64,000 nt of DNA from assembly GCA_041690355.1 (NCBI GenBank), contig JAWLHK010000002.1:1-64000 (forward strand). Reading direction: 5' to 3'. Position numbers and translations under genes: made by a program. The stretch is from a bacterium (GTDB lineage Bacteria; J088; JAWLBW01). The notes under the pieces are model-generated. The model had not been told where the DNA came from, ran no database searches, and saw only the letters and a program-made list of their open reading frames with translations. The number at the start of each line of letters is the position of its first letter. The first letter of the stretch is position 1. This document shows positions 18,061 through 28,400 of the stretch, piece after piece.

Positions 18061-20817
18061 TTACCAGACGGGGGGATTGGCCAGGAGCTCGGTCGCCGCT
18101 TCGGCGGGGACGGGACGCGAGAACAGGTAGCCTTGGCCGTAATCGCAGCCGAGCGCGCGGATGTCGCGCAGCTGCTCGGCTGTCTCGACCCCTTCGGCGA
18201 TGACCGGCATGCGCAGTCCATGGGCGAGGCGCACGATGGAGCGCACGATCTCATTGGCCTGCTCTTCCTTGTCGAGCCGGTCGACGAATGATCGATCGAT
18301 CTTCAGGGCGTCGAAGGGAAAGCGGTGCAGGTAGGCCAGCGATGAGTAGCCGGTACCGAAATCGTCAATCTGGAGCTTGCAGCGCAGCTGTTTCAGCTCG
18401 TTGAGCAGTTGCGAAACGCTCTCGGCGTAGGCCATGAGGTGGCTTTCGGTGATTTCGAGCCGCAGCGTACCGGGCACCATCCCGGTCTCTTGGAGAATGG
18501 ACGCCAGCGACTGCACCAGGTTGGTCTGCTCGAACTGTTTCGGCGACAGATTGACGCTCACGGTAAGACCGGCGGCGTCACGGAACCGGGTCTGCCAGAT
18601 GGCGGCCTGCCGGCAGGCCTCGAGCAGCACGAACTGGCCCAGCGGCAAAATGAGCCCGTTTTCCTCGACGATGGGGATGAACTCGGCCGGACTGACATAA
18701 CCCCGTTCCGGATGCTTCCAGCGCAGGAGCGCCTCGAAGCCGGTGATCTGCATGCTGCGCAGCGAGACGACAGGCTGGTAGAAGAGCTCGAAGCCTCGTT
18801 CATCGAGCGAGCGCCGCAGATCGTGTTCGATCTGGAGCCGCTCGACCGCATGACTGTGCATGCGCTGATCGAACACCGCGTACCGGGCCTTGCCGAGGGC
18901 CTTCGCGCGGTACATGGCCGTGTCGGCATCGCGCATGATGGCTTCGGGGTCGTCGTACTCGGTCGTGCAGTGCGTAATGCCGATGCTGGCCGAGGTTACG
19001 ATTTCATGGCCGGCGACGCGAAAGGGGCGCAGCAGCGCCTCCTGGATGCGCTCTGCGACCCGGATGGCGTCCTGGGGGCCCGACAGATCTTCGAGCAGGA
19101 GCGTGAATTCGTCGCCGCCGAACCGCGCGAGCGTGTCTTCGGGACGCAGGCAGGTGCGCAACCGGTCGGAGATCTCCATGAGGAGCTGATCGCCCACCGA
19201 GTGGCCGAGCCCGTCGTTGGCGACCTTGAACCGATCCAGGTCGAGAAAGAGCACGGCGAAGAGCCGCTTGTGCCGGCGCGCGCGGCCCAGGGCCCGCCGC
19301 AAGCGGTCGAGAAACATGTTGCGGTTCGGCAGGCGCGTGAGGGCGTCATGAAAAGCGTCGTGGATCAGGCGCGCCTCGGCCTCCTTGCGATCGGTCACGT
19401 CGGTCTGGGAACCGACCAGGCGAACCACTTTGCCGCCGTCATCGCGCACGGCGACCCCCCGGCTCAGCATCCAACGGTACTGGCCGTCGCGATGGCAGAC
19501 GCGGTGTTCGAATTCGAACTGCTCGGTACGGCCGCTGACGTGCGCGTCGAGTTCGACGAGAAAATCGGGCCGGTCTTCTTCGTGAATGCGCTGGACCCAC
19601 TCGTCGGGCGCATCGCCGATGGACTTGTCGTCGTAGCCGAGCAGCGACTTCCAGCGCGGGCTGTAGTAGACGCGGCCGCGCACCATGTCCCAATCAAAAA
19701 GGCCGTCGTTGGCCGCCTGCGCCGCAAGCTTGTAGCGCGACTCGCTCTCGGCGAGTTCGCGCTCGAGCCGCTTGCGCTCGGTTACGTCGCGGGCGACGCC
19801 CAGGAGGCCGATGGGCTGACCGTCGGCTGCGAGCAGCGAGCCGCTCATTTCCAGCGTGAGCCGCCCGCCGCCTTTGGCCAGAACTTCAATTTCGGAAACC
19901 GGAAGCTGCCCGGTTTCCAAACCGCTGCGCAGCATGGAGAGGGCGCGGTCGAGATGCTCGGCGACGATGATCTCGTCGACCCCCATCGTGAGCGCTTCGA
20001 CACGGCTGTAGCCGAGGAGACGCTCGCCCGATTGGTTCACCGACGTGATGTTTCCCTTCAGATCGATCGTGAAGATGATGTCATTGGCCCCCTCGAAGAT
20101 GGCTTTGTAGCGCACCTCGGTCTCTTCGAGCGCCGTCTGGGCCTGCTTGCGCCGGGAGATGTCCCAGACCGACCACGCAGCTGCGGGCCGCCCCTGGAAC
20201 GAAAGGTTGCGGGAACGGATCTCGAGGGGAAACTGGCGGCCGTCCTTGCGCTGCCCCACGGTTTCGCAGGGCGCAGCGTCCACCGCTGCTGCGTCGACGG
20301 GCCGGCTGAACAGCATGCGCAGCGGTTTGCCGAGCAGGGCATCTGCATCCCATCCGAACAGCACGGTCAGTGCATCGTTGACGGCCACGATTCTGCCGTC
20401 CTGGTGCACGACCATCCCTTCGAAGGCAGCCTCGGAAAGCATGCGGTTGCGTTCATCGCGGGCCGGCTCGTCCTGGGGAAGGGCGGCGGCGACGACGACG
20501 ACCCCCTGGAGCTGCTCGCCTGCCCGGATGGGGTGGGCCCGCAGCAGCCACGAGCCGCCCGCCATCGTGACGCGCGCGGCGGCGGCCTCGCCGGTAAAGG
20601 CCCGCCGGATCGTGCGTTGGGCTTCGGGATGGGCGGCAAAAACCTGCTCTGCCGGCTGGCCGATCAGCAGATTGCCTGTGATACCGAGCGTATCCAGGGC
20701 CGAGCCTTCGGCGCGCAGCAGCAGCCCTCCCGCGCTGAAGAGCAGCAGGGCCATGGGCGCGAGCTCGCCGGCGCGATCGAGAAGGTCTTCAGGGCTGGCG
20801 GAGTGATGAGCCGGCAT
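18061..20817 (-). CDS. Multi-PAS diguanylate cyclase/phosphodiesterase (GGDEF-EAL)
   Basis: About four PAS domains, HDALTRLPNR, RPED I-site before FGGDEF, FEALLRW and DDFGTGYSS all intact. Confidence 0.95.
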   Translation of the reverse strand: MPAHHSASPEDLLDRAGELAPMALLLFSAGGLLLRAEGSALDTLGITGNLLIGQPAEQVFAAHPEAQRTIRRAFTGEAAAARVTMAGGSWLLRAHPIRAGEQLQGVVVVAAALPQDEPARDERNRMLSEAAFEGMVVHQDGRIVAVNDALTVLFGWDADALLGKPLRMLFSRPVDAAAVDAAPCETVGQRKDGRQFPLEIRSRNLSFQGRPAAAWSVWDISRRKQAQTALEETEVRYKAIFEGANDIIFTIDLKGNITSVNQSGERLLGYSRVEALTMGVDEIIVAEHLDRALSMLRSGLETGQLPVSEIEVLAKGGGRLTLEMSGSLLAADGQPIGLLGVARDVTERKRLERELAESESRYKLAAQAANDGLFDWDMVRGRVYYSPRWKSLLGYDDKSIGDAPDEWVQRIHEEDRPDFLVELDAHVSGRTEQFEFEHRVCHRDGQYRWMLSRGVAVRDDGGKVVRLVGSQTDVTDRKEAEARLIHDAFHDALTRLPNRNMFLDRLRRALGRARRHKRLFAVLFLDLDRFKVANDGLGHSVGDQLLMEISDRLRTCLRPEDTLARFGGDEFTLLLEDLSGPQDAIRVAERIQEALLRPFRVAGHEIVTSASIGITHCTTEYDDPEAIMRDADTAMYRAKALGKARYAVFDQRMHSHAVERLQIEHDLRRSLDERGFELFYQPVVSLRSMQITGFEALLRWKHPERGYVSPAEFIPIVEENGLILPLGQFVLLEACRQAAIWQTRFRDAAGLTVSVNLSPKQFEQTNLVQSLASILQETGMVPGTLRLEITESHLMAYAESVSQLLNELKQLRCKLQIDDFGTGYSSLAYLHRFPFDALKIDRSFVDRLDKEEQANEIVRSIVRLAHGLRMPVIAEGVETAEQLRDIRALGCDYGQGYLFSRPVPAEAATELLANPPVW

Positions 20818-20883
20818 CGCAAGGGATTAAGGATACAACTGTATCACATCGGTGTCCAACCAGCCGTGATCATGCGCACAGGC

Positions 20884-22062
20884 TTACGGCGTTTCAGAGT
20901 CGGTCGCCTGCAGATCGGCGCAGGCCTGGTATCCCGGCTCGAGGGGAAAGACCTGATCGTCTTCGGGCCACGGACTGGCGGTGTCGACGGTCTCGCAGGG
21001 GATGCGGTCGATGAGCTGCGAGAGGGAATCGAGCGACGGGTTCTCCATGATGGCGCGCACCTCGGCGACGCTCAGCTTCGCGGGATAGCCCATGGCGACG
21101 AAAATGCACATTTCGTCGTCTGCCGTGGGGCCGGTGCGCACTTCGCGGTCTTCGCCGTTCACATAGTGACAGGCCCAGTGAATACCGTCGCCTACGTGCA
21201 GGGGATAGCTTTTGCCGCCGGTCCAGTCCTGCCGTTCGAAGAAGAGAATCGGGGGCGACTCCCAGTCTTTGTTGACGAAAAAGGGCTCGGGCGCGATGCT
21301 CTGCGAGGCGCCGTCATAGAAGTTCATGCTGAAACAGGCGCCCCGCGCGTGGGAGTGGCTCGAGATGGCGAACATGTTGATGTCGCGCTGTACGGCGCAG
21401 GTCCGCGATTCGATGCGTCGGCTCTTCGGCGGCAGCGTCACGTCGGAGATGCCCCCCGCGAAGGCGCTGGCGACATGCTGCACCTGCGACTCCGCCATCG
21501 TGCCGAGGTTGAGAACGGCATTGATCTTCACGGCACGCGTCGAGGTGTTGATATAGTGGTGCTCCATGATGAGCACGAGCGGCAGGGGCAGGGGAAAACC
21601 GACCCCGTCGGGCATCGAGCCCTTCTGATGGGTCTTCTGGCTCGGGTAGAGGGTCTGTACCTGCTGCTCCTCCATCAGATCCCCCAGCACGTCGCAGTCG
21701 TGCGCCCCCGCTTCGACGCCCAGCAGCTTCTCGGCATACCCGGGGGCCACGAAGGCGTCACCCACGGAAAAGATGCCGAAATTCACATTCATGTGGTGAC
21801 TGTGCAGCGAGCTGAGGCTTTCGAGGTCATGAATCCAGACGAGCTTCTCGCCGTCCTTCGGCTCGAGACGCACGACGTTGCACTTGTAGACCTCGGACAT
21901 CGGCGGAACCTCAATCACCTCGGTCTGCAGCTGGTATCCCTCGGCCGGAGGCGGGAGAGAAACCGTGAGGTCGAGCGGCCCGTCCTCTACCGCCGGAGCG
22001 GGCGAAGGCGAACAGGCGGCAGTGAAGCTCAGGAGCAGCGCGGCGAGAAGTCGGGTCGGCAT
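20884..22062 (-). CDS. Copper type II ascorbate-dependent monooxygenase-like lipoprotein (paralog 1)
   Basis: Lipobox FTAAC. HH, HHY, HSH and DEMC motifs occur in the order of the CuH/CuM ligands of PHM/DBM enzymes. Confidence 0.75.
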   Translation of the reverse strand: MPTRLLAALLLSFTAACSPSPAPAVEDGPLDLTVSLPPPAEGYQLQTEVIEVPPMSEVYKCNVVRLEPKDGEKLVWIHDLESLSSLHSHHMNVNFGIFSVGDAFVAPGYAEKLLGVEAGAHDCDVLGDLMEEQQVQTLYPSQKTHQKGSMPDGVGFPLPLPLVLIMEHHYINTSTRAVKINAVLNLGTMAESQVQHVASAFAGGISDVTLPPKSRRIESRTCAVQRDINMFAISSHSHARGACFSMNFYDGASQSIAPEPFFVNKDWESPPILFFERQDWTGGKSYPLHVGDGIHWACHYVNGEDREVRTGPTADDEMCIFVAMGYPAKLSVAEVRAIMENPSLDSLSQLIDRIPCETVDTASPWPEDDQVFPLEPGYQACADLQATDSETP

Positions 22063-22145
22063 GGCGGTTCCCCGGTTCCGAAAGTTGCCAACCAGTCTAT
22101 CAAACGGTAGGAAGAGAGACCACCGGCTCTCCGGGGCGGATACGC

Positions 22146-22958
22146 TCAGGAGGGCGGAGATCCGGGCCGTCCGGCGCATTCCGCCAGGTCGACGTCGTTT
22201 GCCGTGCGCACGACGCGGTGTGCGCCTGCCCCGGCAAGCGCTTCACGGTCGGCATGCCGATCAAGGCCCAGGACGAATGCGATGGCAGCTTGAGCGGCCG
22301 CCCGGGCCGTCTCGGGTCGCGTCGTCAGGAGCAAGGCCTCTTCGGGGTCCCCCTCGGCGGCCTCGAAGATCAGATCGGGCACGGGCAGGGGGAGAAATCC
22401 ATGGAGCACGGCATGGTCGCCGTCGAGGACGCGGTCGAAAAGATCCGCGAGCCGGTTGCGCTCGAGCAGGCGTACGGCGCCCGGTTCGAAATCGAGGCCG
22501 ACGAGGTGCATGCCGCGCATGCGGGCTTCCCGCAGCAGGGCGTAGACGTCCCGGAAGACCCCTGCCGGCGTCCGCAAGGTCTCGTCGTGGAAGAGGGTGC
22601 GCCAGCGCGCGGCGAGCCCGTAAAGCGTGGCCCTGCCGGGCCCCTCGGAGGGGCTGCCCTCGGGAACGACGACGCCGCGCCCCTCGAGAAAGAGACGCAT
22701 GGCCGAGGCGTCGGTCGCCGCTCTGGCCGTACGCAGGGCATCGGTGTCGGAATAGGGGGCCAGGGGGATGCCGCCGAGGCCCGGTTCGGCCGTGAAGCGC
22801 TCCCAGGCAGCGCGGCGAAGCGGCTCGAGATCGAGCAGCGTCCCGTCCAGATCGACGAGCAGCAGACGCAGTGCGGCGGCACGGGTGCGTCCGGAGGTAT
22901 GCCTCGGCGAGGCCTTCGACGGACTTCCGGGGGCAGGCGGTGGCGGCTGCGGCTCCAT
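22146..22958 (-). CDS. HAD-superfamily hydrolase (beta-phosphoglucomutase-like, degenerate C-terminal motifs)
   Basis: Motif I DLDGTL and the beta-PGM-like tail VLGLDR...LAGAGAHRVV. The usual KPxPD and EDxxxG motifs appear altered (LPVPD, TTRPET). Confidence 0.7.
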   Translation of the reverse strand: MEPQPPPPAPGSPSKASPRHTSGRTRAAALRLLLVDLDGTLLDLEPLRRAAWERFTAEPGLGGIPLAPYSDTDALRTARAATDASAMRLFLEGRGVVVPEGSPSEGPGRATLYGLAARWRTLFHDETLRTPAGVFRDVYALLREARMRGMHLVGLDFEPGAVRLLERNRLADLFDRVLDGDHAVLHGFLPLPVPDLIFEAAEGDPEEALLLTTRPETARAAAQAAIAFVLGLDRHADREALAGAGAHRVVRTANDVDLAECAGRPGSPPS

Positions 22959-23011
22959 GGGTGGAGTTTAGCACGTTCCGCCCCGGGCGGGTGGCGACAG
23001 GCGAGGGGCGA

Positions 23012-23455
23012 CTAACGGGGCAGGACGGCGAAGCGCTTCTCGAACTCGAGAATGCCGTCCTTTTCCAGGTAAGCCGGACAGGTACGGCAGGTGCGGCCGG
23101 CAAACTCGGCGCCGGGTCCGCGCGTCCAGCAGATGGCCCCCTCACTCGTGGCGGCGTAGCTGCAGACGTCGCCGGTACGGTCGCGGCGAAGTTCGTGCAG
23201 GCGTGCGATGCGCAGAACCCAGGCGGCGGCGGCGGGGCCGAGATGCCGTTCTTCGAGGTACGTGCGCAAGCGGCGAAGCCAGTCGACGTCGCGCATCGAA
23301 AAGAGGCGCTGACCGTTCTCGCGGCACGGGATCACCAGGCCGAGGTCCTCGTAGTTGCGCAGCGTCGATTGAGATACCCCCACCATGCGCGCGGCCTGGC
23401 CGATGCGCAGAATGGGACGTTCGCCGTCTTGGAAGATGGAGTCGAGCACCGACAT
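23012..23455 (-). CDS. MerR-family transcriptional regulator with Cys-rich C-terminus
   Basis: IGQAARMVGVSQSTLRNYEDLGLVIP.R..GQRLFS HTH. C-terminal C...CW...CxxCPAY. Confidence 0.88.
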   Translation of the reverse strand: MSVLDSIFQDGERPILRIGQAARMVGVSQSTLRNYEDLGLVIPCRENGQRLFSMRDVDWLRRLRTYLEERHLGPAAAAWVLRIARLHELRRDRTGDVCSYAATSEGAICWTRGPGAEFAGRTCRTCPAYLEKDGILEFEKRFAVLPR

Positions 23456-23631
23456 AACGCTCCGTGCATCGAGGGATAGGACGCTACCAATGCTAACAGC
23501 TCGGGCGAAAAACCGAAAGCCGACCTGCAATCTGAATTGTAGGGTTATTTGCAGGCCGGATGGGAAGATAATTGCCATGCCCGAACGCGCGGGGTAGACT
23601 TGGCACTCGATATCGCAAAGGAATTATCGCT

Positions 23632-24000
23632 ATGGCGCGTTCTGTGCTCCTGATCGACGACAGTCATACGGTGCTCGCGTTTCTGACCGACAGGTTCCGC
23701 AAGGCAGGCTATCGGGTCGCGGCGCTGCAGCGCTTCGTCGACCTGCCGACCCTTCTGCGTGATTTTCGCCCGGATCTCATCGTGCTCGACCTCGAGCTGC
23801 CGACCCTTCCGGGGACGACGATCGGGAACTATATCCGCAAGTATCAGTCTGCGCCCATCCCGATGTTCATCTACAGTTCGGCCGCCGAACCGGCGGCCCG
23901 GGCGGCCGCCGAACAGCTGGGCGCCGTTGCCTGTTTCACGAAGTCGCCCGATGTCGGCCCGCTGCTGAAGGCGGCCGAACGCGTTCTGGCCGGCCGCTGA
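23632..24000 (+). CDS. Single-domain response regulator
   Basis: VLLIDDS, PDLIVLDLELP, IYSS and FTK receiver motifs. AAGGA RBS upstream. Confidence 0.88.
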   Translation: MARSVLLIDDSHTVLAFLTDRFRKAGYRVAALQRFVDLPTLLRDFRPDLIVLDLELPTLPGTTIGNYIRKYQSAPIPMFIYSSAAEPAARAAAEQLGAVACFTKSPDVGPLLKAAERVLAGR

Positions 24001-24025
24001 GGCACGCAGAGCGGACCTGCAATGC

Positions 24026-25315
24026 TCAGGAACGCTTGGGGGCGGGTCTGGCTTCGAGCGTGCCGGTGCGCACGTGCACGTCGCGCTGGGGGAAGGGGAC
24101 GCGGACGCCATAGTGCTGCAGGCGGTCCCAGATGGCGAAGTTGATCAGGCTGCGGAAACGATCGGGGCGATGCGAGAGTGAATCGGTCCATACGAGCAGC
24201 TCGAACTGCAGTCCGTTCTCGCCGAACTCGCAGAGCTGGACTTCGGGGGCCGGTTCGGTGAGCACCCCGAGCGTCTGCCCGGCTGCCTCCTGGAGCGCCT
24301 GTACGACGACGGCGACGTCGCTTGCGTAATCGACGCGCACGGGCAGCCGGAAACGCACCTTTTCATTCGTGTAGCTCCAGTTGATGACGTTCTCGGTCAA
24401 GATCTTGGAGTTGGGGACGATGATCGCGATGTTGTCGTTCGTGACGACCGTGGTCGCGCGGGCGTGGATGGCGATGACGTCGCCCTCGACGTCGCCCACT
24501 TCAATGCGATCGCCGAGCTTGACCGGGCGCTCGAAGAGGATGATCAGGCCGCTCACCAGGTTGTTGGCGATGTTCTGCAGGCCGAAGCCCACGCCGATGC
24601 CCACGGCTCCCGCGACGACCTTGAGCGACGAGAGGTTGATGCCGGCGGAATCCAGAATGAGAAAAATGCCGAGCACCAGCACGCCGTAGCGCATGAAGAC
24701 GAGAACGGCCTGCTTGGTGGGCCCCGGCACCGAGCGGCGCTCGAGCATCGGGTCGACCACCATGCGGCTCATGCGCGCCGTCAGGTAGAAGAGCCCCAGC
24801 ACGCCCCCGGTGACGTAAAAGAGCGTCAGCAGGGTAAGCGAGCCGTGCTCCAGCGGCAGAATCGGGTGATTAAGCACCCGCGCGACATCGCGCAACAGGC
24901 GGACGAAAAAGGCGAGCGACAGCTTTTCGACGTTGTCGGCGAGCGGGTGATCGAACAGCAGGCTGACGATGCGGTGAAAGCCCGTGCCGAAATCGACGCC
25001 CAGGGGGCCGAAGATCAGGTTCAGCATCGGGAATACAAATCCGCCGGTGGCGAGTACCGACAGCAGACCGAGCACGGTCACGAAGACCGAAACCACGGTG
25101 CCCGCGGTGGCGCGCATGGGCTGGGGGACGGGGCTTTCGGCCAGGAGTTTGAAGACGAGCCAGCGGCGCACCCGCTTCGCAACCCAGGCGATAAGGGTGG
25201 CGGCGGCCAGAAAGTAGAGCAGTGCCCAGAGCGTAACGACGCTCCCCGCCAGGGTCGCCAGAGGCGTGTTCAGGAACACCCGTACGGCGTCTACCATATC
25301 GATCAGCCACCGCAT
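24026..25315 (-). CDS. Mechanosensitive ion channel, MscS/MscK family
   Basis: Multiple TM helices. GVGFGLQNIANNLVSGLIILFERPVKLGDRI, IIVPNS and PFPQRDVH signatures. Confidence 0.92.
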   Translation of the reverse strand: MRWLIDMVDAVRVFLNTPLATLAGSVVTLWALLYFLAAATLIAWVAKRVRRWLVFKLLAESPVPQPMRATAGTVVSVFVTVLGLLSVLATGGFVFPMLNLIFGPLGVDFGTGFHRIVSLLFDHPLADNVEKLSLAFFVRLLRDVARVLNHPILPLEHGSLTLLTLFYVTGGVLGLFYLTARMSRMVVDPMLERRSVPGPTKQAVLVFMRYGVLVLGIFLILDSAGINLSSLKVVAGAVGIGVGFGLQNIANNLVSGLIILFERPVKLGDRIEVGDVEGDVIAIHARATTVVTNDNIAIIVPNSKILTENVINWSYTNEKVRFRLPVRVDYASDVAVVVQALQEAAGQTLGVLTEPAPEVQLCEFGENGLQFELLVWTDSLSHRPDRFRSLINFAIWDRLQHYGVRVPFPQRDVHVRTGTLEARPAPKRS

Positions 25316-25481
25316 GCACCGATAGTGTGGCGCGGTTTCCCTGCGGATGCAAATTCCCCCCGGCCGCTCCGTATTGCGGTCTGCACCCGTTTCCGGCGGG
25401 TCGATCGATTTTTTGACGGCCGCCCGACGGAGGGGTATGCTCACTGCAATCGGGACCCAAAGGTCCGAAACGGGAGGCTCT

Positions 25482-28400
25482 ATGGCGACGACGTGGATGC
25501 GGTGGCTTACCGCGGTGGCGATGATGGCAGTCGTGCAGGCGTGCGGGGTTGAAGAGGCGCCCCCGCCGGCCGCGGTGAAAGTCAGCATCGAGGCAGGGAC
25601 CATCGAAGTGTCCGTGGCCGAAGACGGTTCGGCGACGGTGGAGCTGACCGCCGAAGTCGCGCCCGCCGGGAGCGACTTGCCGAGCTTCACGATTCTCGAG
25701 GGACCCGCGCACGGCGCTCTGGCGGGGACGGGAAGCTCGCTCACGTACACGCCCGAGACCGACTACTCGGGATCCGATTCCATCCGTTTTCAGGCTGCGG
25801 TCGGTGACGTCGTCGGCGAGGGGACGGTGCTCATTACCGTGACGCCCGTCAATGACAGACCCTCCTTCGTTCCGGGGAGCGCCGTGACGGTGCTGGAGGA
25901 CTCGGGTGCCTACGCGCAGACCTGGGCGACGGCCCTGAGCGCCGGCCCCGAGGATGAGGCAGCCCAGAAGCTCGCGTTCGCGGTAGCCGTCGACAATCCG
26001 GCTCTCTTCGCGGTCGAGCCCGCTGTCGCTGCCGACGGCACGCTCACCTTCACCCCCGCTGCAGATGCCAACGGTTCGGCGACACTCACGATCGTGCTCG
26101 CGGACGATGGGGGAACGACCGATGGCGGCGTCGACGCGGCCGATCCCGTCACGCTGAGCCTGACCGTACAGCCGGTAAACGATTCGCCGCTCTTTGACCT
26201 TCAGGGTGACGTGGAAATCACGGAGGGTGCGGGGCCCCAGGTGGTGGCAGGGTTTCTGACGGGCCGCGCGGCGGGGCCCGCCGACGAGGCCGCGCAGCAG
26301 ACCGTGCTCAACGTGAGCAACGACAACGGCGCGCTTTTCTCCTCCCCGCCGGCCATCGACGACAACGGAGCGTTGACGTTCGAGGCCTACGACTGGGCCA
26401 GCGGTTCTGCCTTCGTTACGGTGCGTCTGAGCGACGACGGTGGCGCCGGCGGAATCGCGCAGCGCACGTTTACCATCACCGTGCGTCCGGTAAACGACCC
26501 GCCGATGTTCACTCTGGCGGGCGGCAATCCGGCGGTTGCCGAGGACGCGCCCGGGCAGACGCTGGCCGGTTTTCTCACAGGCGTTACCCCAGGACCCGAT
26601 GAGTCGGCGCAGGCGGTCACGTTTGCAGTGACGACGGACAATGACGCCCTTTTTTCTTCGCTGCCCTTCATCACCCCCGCGGGCACCGAGGGGACGTTGA
26701 CGTTCACGCCCGCTCCCGACGCCAATGGGTCGGCGATCGTCACCGTCCAGGCCTGGGATGACGGCGGTACTGTGGACGGCGGCGTCAACAAGTCGAGCGC
26801 GCTCCAGTTCACGATTACGATCACGCAGGTCAATGACGTGCCGCGCTTCGCCGTGGGGGCGAACCCGACGGCGCTCGAGGACGCGTCTCTGCAAACCGTT
26901 GCCGGATTCCTGACCGGCATTGCGGGCGGGCCGGCCGACGAAGCGGCGCAGTCGGTGACGTTCTCTGTGTCGGCCGCGACCCCGTCTCTCTTCCAGACGC
27001 TCGGGATCGCAGCTGACGGGACGCTGACCTTCACGCCGGCGGCCGACGCCTTCGGCACGGATACGATCACGGTAACGGCATGGGACGACGGCACCCCCCA
27101 GGCGTCGTTGCAGAAGAACTTCACCATCACAATCTCTCCCGTGAACGATGCGCCGGCCTTCTTCGTCGGCATGCCGCCGGGCGCTGACGAGGACGCAGGC
27201 CCGCAGACGGTGACCGACTATATCACCGGGATCGCGGCGGGCCCCGCGAACGAGTCGGCGCAGGCCGTCACCTTCTCGGTTTCGACCGATAATGTCGCTC
27301 TCTTCTCTGTTCTGCCTGCCATTGAAGTCTCCGGCGGAACTTCAGGAACGCTCACCTTCACGCCTGCCGTCGATGCCAACGGCATGGCCACCGTGACGGT
27401 TCGCGCGTGGGACGACGGCGGTACGGCAGACGGTGGAATCCGGGTTTCACCGAGCGCGCAGTTTACGATCACGGTCCAGCCGGTGAACGATCCCCCGGCC
27501 TTCGCGGTCGGCACAGTACCGGCAGTCCTCGAGGATGCCGGCGAGCAGACTGTGCCCGGATTCGTTTCCGGCATCATCGGCGGGCCGGCCGACGAAAGTG
27601 CACAGGCGGTCACCTTTACGGCCTCGGCGGCGACCCCGTCGATGTTCGCTTCCATTTCAGTGGGGTCAGACGGCACGCTGACCTTCACGCCGGCGGCCGA
27701 CGCCTTCGGCACGGATACCGTGACCGTCACGGCCTGGGACGATGGAGCGCCGCAGGCTTCATTCCAGCGCACGTTCGACGTCACGATTACCGCGGTCAAC
27801 GACGCTCCCGGATTCCGCAAGGGGGCAGGGCAGGTCGTTACGGAAAATGCGGGTCCCCAGGAGGTTCTGAGCTGGGCTGCCGGCATCACGGCGGGGCCCG
27901 GCGAGAGCCAGGCACTCACATTTCAGCTGACCGCCGACAACCCGGCCCTCTTTTCGGCCGGGCCCACGGTCGATGCGGCGGGCACCCTCTCGTTCACGCC
28001 GGCGCTGAATGCCGCGGGAACGGCCAATGTGCGGATCACGGTCACCGACGATGGCGGGACGGACAACGGCGGGGTCGCGGTCTCTGCCGAGTACACCTTC
28101 AGCATTCAGATTGTTGCCGTGAACGATGCGCCGTCGTTCACGCCCGGTGGTCCGATCGCGCGGGATGAAGACGCAGGCGCGCAGGCGGTGGCCTGGGCGG
28201 CGGATATCAATCCGGGAGATCCGGGTGAGCTCTGGCAGTCGGTCACCTTCGAGGTGACGACCGACAATGACCCCCTCTTCGCTGAGCTGCCGACGATCGG
28301 TTCCGACGGTGTGTTGCGCTTCCGTGCGGCCGACGAAGCGAGCGGCTCGGCGGTGGTAACGGTCGTCGCGCGGGATAATGGCGGCACGGCGTTCGGCGGA

